DNA from: an uncultured Planctomycetaceae bacterium
GTDB lineage: Bacteria > Planctomycetota > Planctomycetia > Planctomycetales > Planctomycetaceae
NCBI GenBank assembly: GCA_963813715.1
Contig: CAWFAK010000008.1
Coordinates: 576,001 to 640,000, forward strand
Direction: 5' to 3'
DNA: 64,000 nucleotides
Shown here: positions 40,488-52,646 of the stretch, in pieces
Layout: each line of letters starts with the position of its first letter
How positions within the stretch are numbered: the stretch's first letter is position 1
Translations under genes and position numbers: made by a program
Notes under the pieces: generated by a model
Database searches by the model: none
Seen by the model: only the letters and a program-made list of their open reading frames with translations
Told to the model about the DNA's origin: nothing

Positions 40488-43400
40488 ATGATGCGTCAAG
40501 TGCTGCAGATTCCCAAAGTCGCGAGCCAGTCTCGCCGAACGCGGGGAATCTGCGCAAGTCGCCGGCCTGACTTGTTGCGACGAGCGTCTTCCTCGGAGCA
40601 GGCCGCTGTCGGGCCGACGTCCCCTCCGGTGCGGCCGTCGAGCTTTTCGAGAAGAAAGTCCGGCCGATCCTGGTCGAAAAATGCCAGCGCTGCCACGGCA
40701 GCGCAGCTGCAAAAAGGCGGGCTGCGGCTCGATTCGCGGGAATCGCTGCTAAAAGGGGGCGAGAGCGGCCCCGTGGTGAACCCGGGGCATCCGGAAAAAA
40801 GCGAGCTGGTCCGCGCGATCAATTACGAGGCCGACGGCTTCCAAATGCCGCCGACAGGCAAGCTCGACGCCGACTCGATCGGCGCGCTGACTGAATGGAT
40901 TCGTGAGGGAGCCGCCTGGCCGGCGAGTTCGTCCGGCGGTGGCGGTCCCTCGGCGACGCGAATGGATTTTGCCAAGCGGGCCGAGCACTGGTCGTTCCAG
41001 CCGTTGCGACGCTCAGTCGTGCCGCGGGTGGCCGAAGCGGCCTGGCCGCGCAATCCGGTCGACGCCTTCCTGGCCCAGCGCCAACAGGCCGCCGGCTGCG
41101 GGCACGCCGACCCCGCGGACCGCCGCACACTCTTGCGCCGGGTCACGTTCGATCTGATCGGCTTGCCGCCGACGATCGACGAGATCAACGCGTTCTTGGC
41201 CGACGATTCGCCGCGGGCTTATGAAAAGGTCGTCGACCGCTTGCTCGCGTCGCCGCACTACGGCGTCCGCTGGGCCCGGCATTGGCTCGATCTCGTGCGG
41301 TTTGCCGAAACGTACGGACACGAATTCGACTACCCGATTCCGGAAGCGTGGCGGTATCGCGATTATCTCGTCCGCGCGTTTAACGACGATCTTCCCTTCA
41401 ACCAGTTCGTCACGGAGCACATCGCCGGCGACTTGATTCCGCGGCCTCGCCGCAATGTGCGCGACCGCACGAACGAGTCGGTCGTGGCCACCGCTTTCTG
41501 GTGGTTCGGGCAGGCCGTTCATTCGCCCGTCGATTTGCGGGTCGAGGAGTGCAATCAGCTCGACAACCAGGTCGACGTGATGGGCAAAGCGTTCCTTGGG
41601 TTGAGCATCGCGTGTGCCCGTTGCCACGATCACAAGTTCGACCCGATCCGCGCCCGGGACTATTACGCGTTGACCGGGTTCCTCCGCAGCTCGCGGCAAC
41701 AGTTCGCGTTTCTGGCCGATCCGCAGCCGGTCACGCAGTTTGCCAATTGGCGGCGGTCGTGCGAACCCCGCTGCACCGAGCTCGTCGCCCGGCTGCTCAA
41801 TCCGCAGCGCTGGAGCGACGGTTCGCCGAATGACGAAATTCTGCGTCCCTGGCGGGAGTTGAAGGAATTGGCGTCCGGGCCAGCCTTCGTCGCCCGGCGA
41901 CAGCAGCTGGCCGAGGAGTACAAACGAGTCGCACACGCGGCCGCGACGGACGAGCAAAAGAGCGTCGTCTTCGAGGATTTTTCGTCCGCGTCGTTCGCCG
42001 GGTGGCGTTCCTCCGGCAGCGCGTTCGTAAGTCGTCCGACGCGCGCGGGGGACTTCGTGCTGGGCACGTCGATCGAGCAACCCATCCTCGAGTTTGCCGC
42101 CCCCGGCGCCGCGCACAGCGGGCTGATCGCACCGCGACTGCGGGGCGCCCTCCGCTCGAAGACTTTCACGATCACGAAGCCCTTCATTCAGTATCACGCC
42201 GAGCGGCGGGGCGCGACGGATGCCGCGGCGCGGCCCTACAAAGCGGGCCAGCTCAACGTGATCGTCGACGGCTTTCAGATCATCCGGGACCCGCTGTGGG
42301 GCCAGCTGTCACTCAACGTGGAAAATGACGCCCCCGCCGCCTGGTACACGCAGAACGTCTCCAAGTTGATCGGCAGCCAGGCGTATCTGGAAATCGTCGA
42401 CGAAGACGACGGCTGGATTGCCGTCGATGCGATCCGCTTCTCGGACGATGCGCGTCCGCCCGTCGATCGGCCGAATGACCTGGTTCTGAGCCTGCTCGAC
42501 GACCCGGCGATCGACGGCCCCGCCGAAGCTGGCGGATGGTTACTCCAAGATCTTTCGCGAGACGGTCTCGCTCTGGTCGTCGGGACAACTGGCGGCCGAC
42601 CGTTTCGCGAGGTCGCGAGTTGCCTGGCTCAATTCGCTCTGCTCGCACTGCGAACGGCGGACCGTCCGCGCGAGGCGCACGAACTGGCCCGCCTGCTCGA
42701 CGAAATTCGCCGGCGTGAAGCCACGCTTGACCGCTCGCCGCGAGTGCTGGCGCTGGCCGACGGCTCGGGCGAGAACGATCACGTGCTGATTCGCGGCAAT
42801 CCCAGAAAGGCCGGCGAGGAAGTGTCGCGGCGATTTCTGGAAGTCTTTCACGGTGCCGAGATGCCCGCCGCGGAAGCGGGCAGCGGACGTCTGGAGCTGG
42901 CCCAATCGCTGACCGGTTCGGCCGCCCCGCTTGTCGCGCGGGTGATCGTCAATCGGCTCTGGCATCATCATTTCGGCCGCGGGCTCGTGGCCTCGACGGA
43001 TGACTTCGGCAAGATGGGCGAACCGCCGACGCATCCCGAGCTGCTCGATTACCTGGCTCGCGAGCTGATTCGCAGCGGCTGGTCGATCAAACGACTGCAG
43101 CGGCTGTTGGTCACGTCGGCCGCGTATCGCCTGTCGAGCCACGCAGCCGATCCGCGATCCGACGCCGTCGATCCGGAGAATCGCCTCGTGCACAAGGCCC
43201 GCGTCACGCGGCTGGAAGGCGAGGCCATTCGCGATTCGATCCTCGCCGTTTCCGGCCGTCTCGACGAACGGCTGGAGGGTCCGAGCGTCCCCGTGCATTT
43301 GGATGATTTTATGACGGGCCGCGGCCGCCCGGGAGTTTCCGGGCCGCTCGATGGCGGCGGGCGCCGCAGCATTTATCTCGAAGTCCGCCGCAACTTTTTG

Positions 43401-43771
43401 AATCCGATGTTTCTCGCTTTCGATTTCCCGATTCCCGCGACTGCCGCCGGCCGCCGCGCACAGTCCAACGTTCCGGCGCAGGCGCTCACCCTGCTCAACG
43501 ATCCGTTCGTCGCCCAGCAAGCGCGGCTGTGGGCCCGAGGCGTGCTCGCTGGTCGCCTCGACCAGGCCGAGGACGCACGTCTCGATCGCCTCTACGAAAC
43601 GGCCTTCGCACGCCGGCCGACCTCCGCGGAGAGCGCGCTCTCGCCAAGCAGTTTCTGCAGCAATCGAGTCCGAACCGGTCGAGTTCAATCCCGGAGACGA
43701 CGGACGAACGGGCGTGGACCGAACTCTGCCACGTGCTGTTGAACGTCAAGGAATTCTTGTACGTGAAGTGA
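40488..43771 (+). CDS. Planctomycete cytochrome c / DUF1549 / DUF1553 (PSD1) protein; several frameshifts
   Basis: CQRCH, KGGLRLDSRE, HWSFQP, RWARHWLD..RFAE, CARCHDHKFDPI, ARVIVNRLW.HHFGRG, PTHPELLD.LA, VPAQAL.LLN, EFLY. Confidence 0.93.
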
Positions 43772-44579
43772 TCGCGGCAAAGTGCGCGTGTGCGTTCCTC
43801 GCGTGGTGCCGTTCTCGCGGGCGTCGGTCAAGCTGGCGGACGCGCCAACATCGCCGCTCGGCTGCGCGACAAAGCGATAACCCGTCCCGCGCACGGACAG
43901 AATGTGTCGCGGCTCGGCGGGGTTGCTCTCGATAATGCGTCGCAAGCGCAGCACGAAGTTGTCGATGGTCCGCACGGTGACGTCGGGATTGTGGTTCCAA
44001 ACGTCGTCGAGGATGTCCAGCCGCGACAGGACCTTGCCTTCGTGAGTGATGAAATAACGCAAGAGCTGCATTTCCTGCGTCGTCAGGCTGCTGAACCTTG
44101 TCGCCGACGGTCACCTCGAACTTGTCGAAATCGACGTGGACGGAGCCGAAGTCGAACGTCGAGTCGGCCGCGGGCGGCGGCGGAGCCGGTCGCGGCGGTG
44201 CCTGGCCGGTGCGGGCCGTGCGGCTGAGCAGGTTGCGGACGCGGCTCAACAGTTCGGGCAGCTTGAACGGCTTGGTCATGTACTGGTCGGTGCCCGCGTC
44301 GAAGGCCAGCGTGCGGTCTTCGCTCAGCGAACGGGCCGACAGCGTGAGAATGGGGACCAGCTCGTCGATCTGCCGAATGGCGCGGCACGTTTCGTAGCCG
44401 CTCATCCCGGGGAGCATCAGGTCGAGGATCACGACGTCGATCGGCTTGGTCTCGTCGCGGAAATAGTTGAGGGCCGTCGGGCCGTCGCCCGCGTGGAGAA
44501 CGTCGTACCCCTCCTGCTCGAAGTTGAATTTCAAACCCAACGCGAGGGGATCCTCATCCTCGACGATCAGGATTCGCAT
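43685..44579 (-). CDS. OmpR-family response regulator; frameshift near 44090
   Basis: MRILIVEDE, ILDLMLPG, KPF..PELL, RTIDNF..RLR, VRGTGYRF; 3' end uncertain. Confidence 0.9.
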
Positions 44580-45488
44580 AGCTCGGCCCTGCCGGGAAGA
44601 CTCACCTCGAAGATGCTTCCCTTCCCGCTCTCGCGGTTCTGGACGGTGATCGTGCCTTTGAGCATGTGAACCAGCGTGCGGACGATGTACAGGCCCAGGC
44701 CCGTCCCCTTTTGCGTCCGCTCGAGTTCGCTGCCGCCGCGATAGAACATCTTGAAGATTTTCTTGCGCTGACTGGGCGAAATGCCCTCGCCGTTGTCGCA
44801 AATGCGGGTAACGACACGTCCCCGCGTCCCAACCCGCACGTGCACGTCGACGGCCGGCTCCGTCGCCCCGTACTTGATCGCGTTGTCGATGAGGTTGCCA
44901 AAGATCATCTCGAGCACCATCGGCCGCGCGTGGACGACGACCGGCTCGACGTCGAAATGAAAAACCCGCTCCTCGTCCCGCTTGTGATGCACGCTGGCCG
45001 ACTTCGCGCATTGCCGGAGCAGCGGCTCGAGCGGCACGTCGACCGGCTCGTAGCGGTGGCCGATCGCGTCCAGTCGGCCGACTTCCAGCAGCTGGTTGAT
45101 CAGGCTGTTGAGCCGGTTGAGCTCCGCCTCCATGACGCCGTAGAACTGCTCGCGCTGCGGCCCTTCGATCTCGCCGCATCTGCAGCGTTTCCAGGTAGAG
45201 CCGCAGGGTGGCGATCGGCGATTTGAGCTCGTGGGTCACGCTGTCGACGAAGTTGGCCTGCCGCTGGTTGAGGCGGATTTCCTTGACGGCGATCACCATG
45301 TAGACGGCGATGCCGCACAGAATCACCGAGAAACCGACCGTGCCGATCGCCAACCCGCCCCACTGCTGCTGCCGAGCCAAGAGGATGATCCAGAACACCA
45401 TCAGGAGGATGTTGAGCGTGACGAGAATGACGGACAGCGTGATCGGCAGGTGCAGCGACCGCTTCTTGCGCAGACGAAATTCCACCAT
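44567..45488 (-). CDS. Membrane sensor histidine kinase; frameshift near 45170
   Basis: Two TM helices, VTHELKSP, NLIDNAIKY, DNGEG, GTGLGL. Confidence 0.92.
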
Positions 45489-45675
45489 GTCACGCCTCGT
45501 TCGCGAGCAAAAGCCCGTCCTGTGCCGGGCCATTTGCAGGATAGCAGAGGCGTTTTTGCTTCGCGACCTCTCGTCAACTTGGGCGACGCAACTCCTCAAA
45601 GGGGGCGAGGCGGCGGCGTTGCGTCCCGGTTCGCTTTGTGCCAGAGTGCAAATTGCCATTTTTTCACGAGCCGTC

Positions 45676-46493
45676 ATGGATTATTTGCAGCTAGCGGGCA
45701 AGAACATTCTGGTCGCTGGGCCTCGCCAATCGGAAGAGCGTCGCCTGGCACGCGGGGTCGCTCCTGCGCGAAGCGGGGGCCCGCGTCCTCTGGTCGGTTC
45801 GCTCGGAGGAACGTCGCGCCAGCGTGAGCAAGCTGGTCGGTCCGGACGAGCCGCTCTTCGTTTGCGACGTCGAACGGCAAGGCGAGATCGACCGCCTGCG
45901 GCGAGCAAGTGGCGGAAGCCGCGCCGACTTTGCACGGGATCGTCCACTCGCTCGCCTACGCCGACTATTCGTTCGGCCGCCGGCCCTTCCACCAGGTGCC
46001 CCGCGCGGCGTTTCTGCAGGCCGTCGATATTTCCTGTTACTCGTTGATCGCGCTGGCCGAGGCCTTTCGCGAGCGGCTCGATCCCGCGACCGGCAGCGTG
46101 GTGACCGTCTCCATTTCGACCACACGAATGGCGGCGGAGAACTACGGCTACATGGCGCCGGTCAAGGCGGCCCTCGATTCGACCGTCTGCTTCCTGGCGA
46201 AATCGTTCGCCGAATTCTCGCGCGTGCGGTTTAACGCCGTCTGCCCCGGTTTGCTCAAGACGTCGGCCTCGGCGGGGATTCCCAACTACGTCGACAGCTA
46301 TCTGTTCGCCGAACGGGCCACGCTCCGCAAAGAGGCCGTACGCACCGAAGAAGTGGCCGCGGCGATCGCGTTCCTCTTGAGCCCGCGTTCCTCCGGCATC
46401 AACGCCCAAGGGTTGGTGCTCGACGCGGGGATGGGAATCAACTACTTCGACCGCCAGATCGTTCAGCCGCCCGCCGGCAATAAGTCGAGCTAG
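45676..46493 (+). CDS. fabI: Enoyl-ACP reductase (FabI-type SDR); frameshifts near 45720-45900
   Basis: [50 protein letters not shown]. Confidence 0.85.
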
Positions 46494-46519
46494 CGCGACC
46501 AGCTCCATTCCGGCAGGAC

Positions 46520-47818
46520 TTATTCCGAGGCGCCGGTTTGGGCGAACGCGGCCTCGTCGATCGGCGGGCTCGAGCGCAGGGCCGACACCAAAAAGACGCT
46601 CAAGGCCATGACGCCTGCGCCGCACCAATAGGGCAATGTGAGCGAGTGTTGCAGCAGCGTCAGCCCTGCGACGGGCCCGAAAATCCGCGCAATGGCCGCG
46701 ATTCCCTGGCCCACTCCCAAAATGCCGCCCTGTTCGGAGGCGTCGCTGCGACGCGACAACAGCGACTGCAGCGAGGGCGTGACCGCGGCAAACCCGAGCA
46801 CGCAGACGGGGATCACCGAATACAGAATCGGCAGCGACTCCTGGTGGGCCGCCCAGGCGACTCCCACCAGGCCGACAGCCATCAGACCTGTGCCGGCCAG
46901 GCTCATCCGGTACTCGCCCACTCGCGTCACCAACCGCCGCACGATCACGCCCTGGCTGATTGTCAGGATCGCACCGATATAGGCGAAGACGAAGAAGTTC
47001 GAGCGATCGGGCAGTCCCAACGTCTTGGTGAGCAGCGCCAGCGTCGTCTCGAACTGCGCGAACGCGAACGTCGTGAAGAACATCGAAGTCAGGATCAGCC
47101 CGATCGAGGGGCGCTCGATCGCCACCCGCAGGTTCGAGAGCAAGAACCAACCGCCGCGCGAAGGAGTTGAGCCGGGTCGCAGAGACTCGGGCAGCATCGT
47201 GATCGCCCAGATCAAGGCGATGCCGGACAGCGCCGAGGCCACGTAGCCGGCGGCCGGGCTGGGAGGCGCGGTCGGGTCGCTGGAGACGCAGGCCGCACCG
47301 ATCAGCGGACCAAAGGTGAATCCAATACCGAAGGCGGCGCCGATCAGTGCCATGCCGCGGGCCCGCTGCTGAGGACTGGTCTTGTCAGCGATGTAAGCCT
47401 GGGCCGTCGAAATCGTGGCGCCGGCGATCCCCGCACCGATGCGGGCGATGAAGAGCCAGGTGAGCGGTGCCAGGCCCAGCATTCGCGACCCCGCTTCGAG
47501 CGACGAGGCGATGCCGAAGACCGCGTAGGAGGCGGTCGAGCCGGCCAGGCCCAGGATCAAGATGGGTCGGCGGCCGACGTGGTCCGAGACGCGGCCCCAG
47601 ATCGGCGAAAAGATAAACTGCATCGCCGAGAACGAGGCCATCAGCAGGCCGAGCACGGCCCCGTTGGCATGAAAATATTCGCCGTACCGCGGCAACAGCG
47701 GCAGGACGATCGCAAAGCCCAAGAGGTCGATGAAGACCGTGACGAAGACGATGCCCAGGCTGTTGCGGCTATGCCCGTCCGCGGGTTTTGCGGCTTCCGC
47801 GGATTTCGCCTCAACCAT
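46520..47818 (-). CDS. MFS transporter (DHA1/TetA-like)
   Basis: VFIDLLGF..VLPLLP, WGRVSDHVGRRPIL motif A, AQAYIAD, G.GF..GP. Confidence 0.92.
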   Translation of the reverse strand: MVEAKSAEAAKPADGHSRNSLGIVFVTVFIDLLGFAIVLPLLPRYGEYFHANGAVLGLLMASFSAMQFIFSPIWGRVSDHVGRRPILILGLAGSTASYAVFGIASSLEAGSRMLGLAPLTWLFIARIGAGIAGATISTAQAYIADKTSPQQRARGMALIGAAFGIGFTFGPLIGAACVSSDPTAPPSPAAGYVASALSGIALIWAITMLPESLRPGSTPSRGGWFLLSNLRVAIERPSIGLILTSMFFTTFAFAQFETTLALLTKTLGLPDRSNFFVFAYIGAILTISQGVIVRRLVTRVGEYRMSLAGTGLMAVGLVGVAWAAHQESLPILYSVIPVCVLGFAAVTPSLQSLLSRRSDASEQGGILGVGQGIAAIARIFGPVAGLTLLQHSLTLPYWCGAGVMALSVFLVSALRSSPPIDEAAFAQTGASE

Positions 47819-48044
47819 GAACAAACCAGTACGCAAGAAGACACAACAAGGGAAAGACGACGAAGACCAAGGCCAGCGTCGTCACGGTCGCACGCGTATC
47901 GTCAGGCCAGCGGGCCATGGAACAGTCTGGGCATCAGCGAGCAGTCTCTGCGGGCACGCGGTCCCAACAAGCGGGCGGCGTGATTGTAACAGACAAAGGG
48001 CGGCCCCTCGTCCCGGCACGAGCACCGGGACGAGAAGACTGGCT

Positions 48045-49580
48045 TCAGCCGATCACGTCGTGATCGGTTTCGGGAACGGCCGGCGAATCGGGATCGAACC
48101 ATTCCTTCTTGAAGACGACCCGCCTCTTGTGCTTCATCGCCAGGTTGGCCGTCAACGCCATGATGGCGTCTCCCATCGCGACGGTGCCCGGGCAACGCAG
48201 GCCGCCCTCTTGCGGCGACTTGTGGATGTTGTGGCGGACGCAGTAGCAGAAGTGCTCCATCTCCTCGGTGTAGCCGCGGCTCACCGATTTGGGACCTTCG
48301 GTCGAGGCGTGCCCGCCGGTGTTGGTCTCGTAAGCTTCGAGCACCGGGCCGCTTCCCTTCGCCGAATTGACGACGTAGATCCGCTGCTCGAGCCCGCCGC
48401 CGGCGGAAGTCGGACTTTCCTCCTTGAAGAGAAGGGCGTCTTTCTCCGTCCGCACCATGAGCGTGCCGCGGCTGCCGAAGACCGTCTCGCCGTAGGGCTC
48501 GAGGCGGTTCGTGCTGACCGACGAGTAAGTCACGATGCAGATGTCGTTCGGATCCTGCTCGTAGTGCGGACCGGGGAACTCGAACGTCACGTAGATGTGG
48601 TCGTCGATCTCCCGATCGTCGTGCTGCTTGTCGACCGAGCCGACCCCTTTGACGCCGTAGAAATTCTTCCCGCCGTAGCCCTGCACGGCCAGCGGATGCT
48701 TCTTGCCGAGGAAGATGCTGCAGGCGTCCATCTGGTGACTGCCCAGCTCGGCCATCAGCCCCCCGCCCGTGTCATTGAACAGCCGCCAGTTGATCAGCCG
48801 TTCCATCGACTCGAAGCCGTACTCGTTGATGCGGCTCTCGAGCGCTTGCTGATCCGCGGGAGGAATCGGCTTGCGCCAGCTGTCGCGGCCGGGGAAGCTG
48901 TTGTTGCGGTGCCATTGGGCACGGATGAATTTGACGTCGCCCAGCGCGCCGCCCGACACGATGTGATTGGCGTTGTCGTACAGCACGCTGTAGTGCCGCT
49001 GATGCCCGACTGCCAGCAGCAGGTTCTTCTCGCGGGCCTTCTTGATCATCTGCTTGCACTGGCTGACGTCGTGCGCCATCAGCTTTTCGGTCAGCACGTG
49101 CTTGCCGGCATCCAGGGCCTCAATCGCCAGCGGAGCGTGCCGATTGAGGGGCACGGCGATGACGACCGCCTCAATGTTCTTGTCGGCGAGCAGCTTGCGA
49201 TGATCGTCGTAGACCTTGATCTTGCTGGCCCGGTCTTCGCCCAGCTTTTTGACGAGGCCCATGCGGTCTTCGTTGCCGTCGCCGACGAAGGCCCGCGCCT
49301 GGTTCGAGGGACGAATATCGGCAAGAGCCACGATGTTCATGTACTCGGGCGGGTGTTGAGTGAGGAGGATGTTCCCCTCGTCCCCCGTGCCGATGAAGCC
49401 GACGCGCACCGGCTCGCCTTCGAGCTTTTTGTAGCCGAAGTAGAGCGCGCCCAGTCCGAGGCCGCCCGCCGCGGCGGCTTTCATGAAGTCGCGACGCGTC
49501 ACGTCGCCGTCATTGAGCCCTCCGGAAACCCGGTTGAAGTTCTCCGAGCCGATTTGCACTTGTTCCGGCGTCAATTGCAT
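48045..49580 (-). CDS. Tat-exported Gfo/Idh/MocA oxidoreductase
   Basis: TRRDFMK + hydrophobic segment; [23 protein letters not shown]...[14 protein letters not shown]. Confidence 0.92.
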   Translation of the reverse strand: MQLTPEQVQIGSENFNRVSGGLNDGDVTRRDFMKAAAAGGLGLGALYFGYKKLEGEPVRVGFIGTGDEGNILLTQHPPEYMNIVALADIRPSNQARAFVGDGNEDRMGLVKKLGEDRASKIKVYDDHRKLLADKNIEAVVIAVPLNRHAPLAIEALDAGKHVLTEKLMAHDVSQCKQMIKKAREKNLLLAVGHQRHYSVLYDNANHIVSGGALGDVKFIRAQWHRNNSFPGRDSWRKPIPPADQQALESRINEYGFESMERLINWRLFNDTGGGLMAELGSHQMDACSIFLGKKHPLAVQGYGGKNFYGVKGVGSVDKQHDDREIDDHIYVTFEFPGPHYEQDPNDICIVTYSSVSTNRLEPYGETVFGSRGTLMVRTEKDALLFKEESPTSAGGGLEQRIYVVNSAKGSGPVLEAYETNTGGHASTEGPKSVSRGYTEEMEHFCYCVRHNIHKSPQEGGLRCPGTVAMGDAIMALTANLAMKHKRRVVFKKEWFDPDSPAVPETDHDVIG

Positions 49581-49609
49581 AAGCGCTTCCCCTCGATCCG
49601 GCGGTAAAG

Positions 49610-50852
49610 TCAGGTGCGTGCCGTTTGCTGCGGCACTGACCGCCGCCGGCGAAATGCCGCTGAAAGCACCTGATCGAACCCAAACCAGCGGCCCGTCGGC
49701 ATCGACGCAATGGCAAGCAGGGCAATCACTTCGATCAGGTTCTTATTGATGATGTAACTGTGCTCCGGGCCGGCCGTTTCGGCCAAGTCTTCTACGCCCG
49801 GCCACGGTGGAACCGCGAGATAAAAAGACAGTAAAAGCACCGCGGCTGCGAGCGCCGTCGCCCGGGACAGGAGCCCAGCCAAAAGCAGGCAGCCGAGCGC
49901 GATCAGCGCCCAAATCGTCATGTGGTCGATCCGCTGCTGGGACGTCCAGGGCTCGGGGACCGGGCCTCGGGCCAATTGATCGACGGTCAGCAGCTTGCGG
50001 GCGTCCTGATGAAAATCGGTCTCGAGCGCCCGGACTGGGGCCACCAGGTCGGAGCGCAGCTTCTGGATTTCGTCCCACTGCGTATCGAGGTGCTTGACCT
50101 CGAAGGCCTGCCGCACCTTGGGCAGCTCTTCGCTGTAGCGCGACAGGAGTTCCTTGTACTCGGTGATCTTGCCTTTGCGCTCTTCGACAACTTCCTTGGT
50201 CTTGTCGTCGCGGTACACGAGGCCGACGCGCTCGGGGTCGATCTTGAGTAGGACCGCCAAGCGTTCCTTGTAGCTCAGGTGCGACGACAGCTTGAAGAGC
50301 TGGTCAACCGCGCTGTTGAATCGCTTGATGTCGTCGGCAGAAGCCGATTTGAGTGCCTCGCGCCTGTTTCTGCAAGTCGGCCCGCTCCTTGGGCAAGAGG
50401 TGCATCTTGCCGTCGACGATCAGCCGCTTGGTCTCGGGATCGAAGGAGATCACCTTTTTCAGGTTGCCGTCGATCTTCAAGCCTTGCGGCAAGTGGTCGA
50501 GGCGGACGGAGAATTGGGGCGGACCGTCGACCATCGCGTCGAGCTGGGCCTTTTGCTCGTCGGTCAGGTCGGGATTCTTGGCGAGCAAGCTCGCTTTGTA
50601 GGCGTCGAAGCCGGCGGCCACTGCGTCGTAGTCGAGCCAGTGCAGGTCGTCGGGATCGCCGGTCATCTTGCGGTAGACGTTGCGCATCGGCCCACGGGCG
50701 GCGCGCAAATAGCCCGCGGAGGACCAGGGCTTGGCCGTGGACAGCGTGTTGAGCTTCCAGAGGCCTTCGTAGAGAAACTGCCAACCGATGGCCATCCGCA
50801 GCAGGACCAAAAATGCTACGGCGATTCCCGATAATCGCCAGCTATCTCGCAC
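49610..50852 (-). CDS. DoxX-family membrane protein with large soluble insert; frameshifts near 50280-50350
   Basis: [32 protein letters not shown].., INKNLIE, GFD. Confidence 0.85.
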
Positions 50853-51972
50853 GAGTCGGGACCTCCACTTGCACGTCGGTTTCGAAAAAGAGCGAAGTCT
50901 CGGGGATGCCGTGAACCACCAGGCTCAACGTGCGTCCCCGTTCCGGCGGACGAACGAAAATCGCCCCAATCTCCGGGTGATTATCGCAATAGCGCAGCGA
51001 GTTTTCGACTCCCGCGACGAAAAAGGCGGTGGACAGCGCGTCGGCGACCGCGGCCGTCCGCGCCACGACGCTGACGGACAAGAGATGTGACGGCGGCCAG
51101 CCGGTGCGCGGGTCGAGGATGTGTCCATAACGCTGCCCCGCGTGCCTGAAATATTGCACGTTCGATCCGCTCGTCGACAGCGCCTGATCGCACAGCATTA
51201 GCGTGCCCAGCCGCTCGTGCGGCAGGAGCGGATTGCGGAGACCGACCGGCCACCCATCGCGGCCGGCATGCGGCCCGCGCACAAGCACGCTGCTGTAACC
51301 GCCATGAAAGAGCCAGGCGTCGAGGCCCTCTTGCACCAGGAAATCAGCCGCGCGGTCGACCGCATGCCCCTTGCCGATCGCGCCCAGGTTCAGCTCGACC
51401 CCGGGACGATCGAATGCGATCGTTTTTTGATCCGGCTCGAAGTGCACATGAGGCATGCCGACGATCGCGAGGGTGTCGGCGATCTCGGTCGGCGTCGGAA
51501 TGCGTCCTTCCCCGCGGCACCGTCGCCAGAGCGCGATCAGCGGACCGGACGTCGGATCGAAGGCGCCGCCGGTTTCGTAGGAGAGATCGCGAGCTTGGAG
51601 CAAGAGATCAAAAAGCGTTTGCTCCACGGCGACCGGCTCGGCCGCGGCCCGCCGATTGAGCTGCGAGAGTTCGCTCTGCGGCCGATAGACGGTCATCTGG
51701 GCTTCGAGCGCGTGGATCATGTCGAGCGAGTCGGAAGCCACCATCACCTGCCGAGGCGGTCCCGGGTTCATCACGACCGCGAATTCGCAGGCCATCGCCC
51801 GCGTCTGCACGCGCACGGTGGGGCCAGCGTCGGGAATCTCGCGCCTGGATTGGTCCTCCAGCAGGGCATCGGCCAGCGACGCGCCCGATTCCTCCAACTG
51901 CCCGCGCAGCGCGCGGCCCGAGAGAAAATCACGCCGGGTTGGTGCTGCCGGGGGGCGGGGGCGGGACGACAT
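50842..51972 (-). CDS. apbE: FAD:protein FMN transferase
   Basis: AMA.EF, SELSQLN, GAFDPT, LNLGAIGKG.AVD, STSG, HILDPRTGWP, ADALSTA. Confidence 0.93.
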   Translation of the reverse strand: MSSRPRPPAAPTRRDFLSGRALRGQLEESGASLADALLEDQSRREIPDAGPTVRVQTRAMACEFAVVMNPGPPRQVMVASDSLDMIHALEAQMTVYRPQSELSQLNRRAAAEPVAVEQTLFDLLLQARDLSYETGGAFDPTSGPLIALWRRCRGEGRIPTPTEIADTLAIVGMPHVHFEPDQKTIAFDRPGVELNLGAIGKGHAVDRAADFLVQEGLDAWLFHGGYSSVLVRGPHAGRDGWPVGLRNPLLPHERLGTLMLCDQALSTSGSNVQYFRHAGQRYGHILDPRTGWPPSHLLSVSVVARTAAVADALSTAFFVAGVENSLRYCDNHPEIGAIFVRPPERGRTLSLVVHGIPETSLFFETDVQVEVPTRAR

Positions 51973-52122
51973 TGAGAATGCTGCCGGGGCGGGGGGTAGG
52001 CGGCCTCCATTATAGAGGCCGCAGCCGCCTGCGTCCCGAGTCAGCGGGTGGTCTTTTTTGACCGGGCTGAGTTTTGCCTCAGCCGGGCCGAGTCGTGCGC
52101 GATCTGCCCGTTCGGCGCATCG

Positions 52123-52503
52123 TCAAAACGCGACCGCGGTTGAGTTCATGACCATGGGCGCACCCGCCATCGGAGTTTGGGCGGTCCACATTGGCATCCC
52201 GTTGGGGCCATAGGGCATGCCGTTAGGACCACAAGCCGGGTACGTTGGCGGAGCCGGACCAAAATAGGGCGGCGAAGCGGGATTCAAATACTGCGGCGGA
52301 CAGGGAGGGACCATGCGGTAAGGATGCACGCCCGGATAGTCCTTCGCGAAGCCGTAGTAGGAGCGGGTGACGTAGAAGCGCTCCTGCGGTCCCCAGCCCC
52401 ATTGAGTGGGGTCGTACGGAGGCGCATTCAGCGGAATGCGGCACGTAATGCAGCCGGACAGTGCGGCCGACACCAACGCCGCTGAGATGAAGAGAGCGCG
52501 CAT
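52123..52503 (-). CDS. Small Pro/Tyr-rich lipoprotein
   Basis: MRALFISAALVSAALSGC lipobox; GPNGMP x2. Confidence 0.6.
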   Translation of the reverse strand: MRALFISAALVSAALSGCITCRIPLNAPPYDPTQWGWGPQERFYVTRSYYGFAKDYPGVHPYRMVPPCPPQYLNPASPPYFGPAPPTYPACGPNGMPYGPNGMPMWTAQTPMAGAPMVMNSTAVAF

Positions 52504-52646
52504 CGATAGCCTTGAATGGCCGGCGCCCTCCACCCGGAACCATCCTCTATGTCGGCAAAGTTTGAGGCGCAAATCGAGGAAATCCGAAAATTCCGCGCGG
52601 ATTCCCGCCAGTTTCTTAAAGGCGGTTCAAGCGCAGTTCTTCAGGC

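Noticed and set aside
39111..43742. 1543-aa PHP-cytochrome fusion ORF
   Set aside because: The PHP gene's natural end (WILSNPIYVRG*) is in another frame at 40464; the fusion comes from an indel near 40228.
43746..45677. 643-aa hybrid kinase-receiver ORF
   Set aside because: Indels join a separate kinase (stop 44567) and response regulator (start 44579); the intervening translation is out-of-frame junk.
46520..47818. Tetracycline resistance gene
   Set aside because: Generic DHA1 MFS motifs, no tetR and a core-genome context; substrate cannot be inferred.
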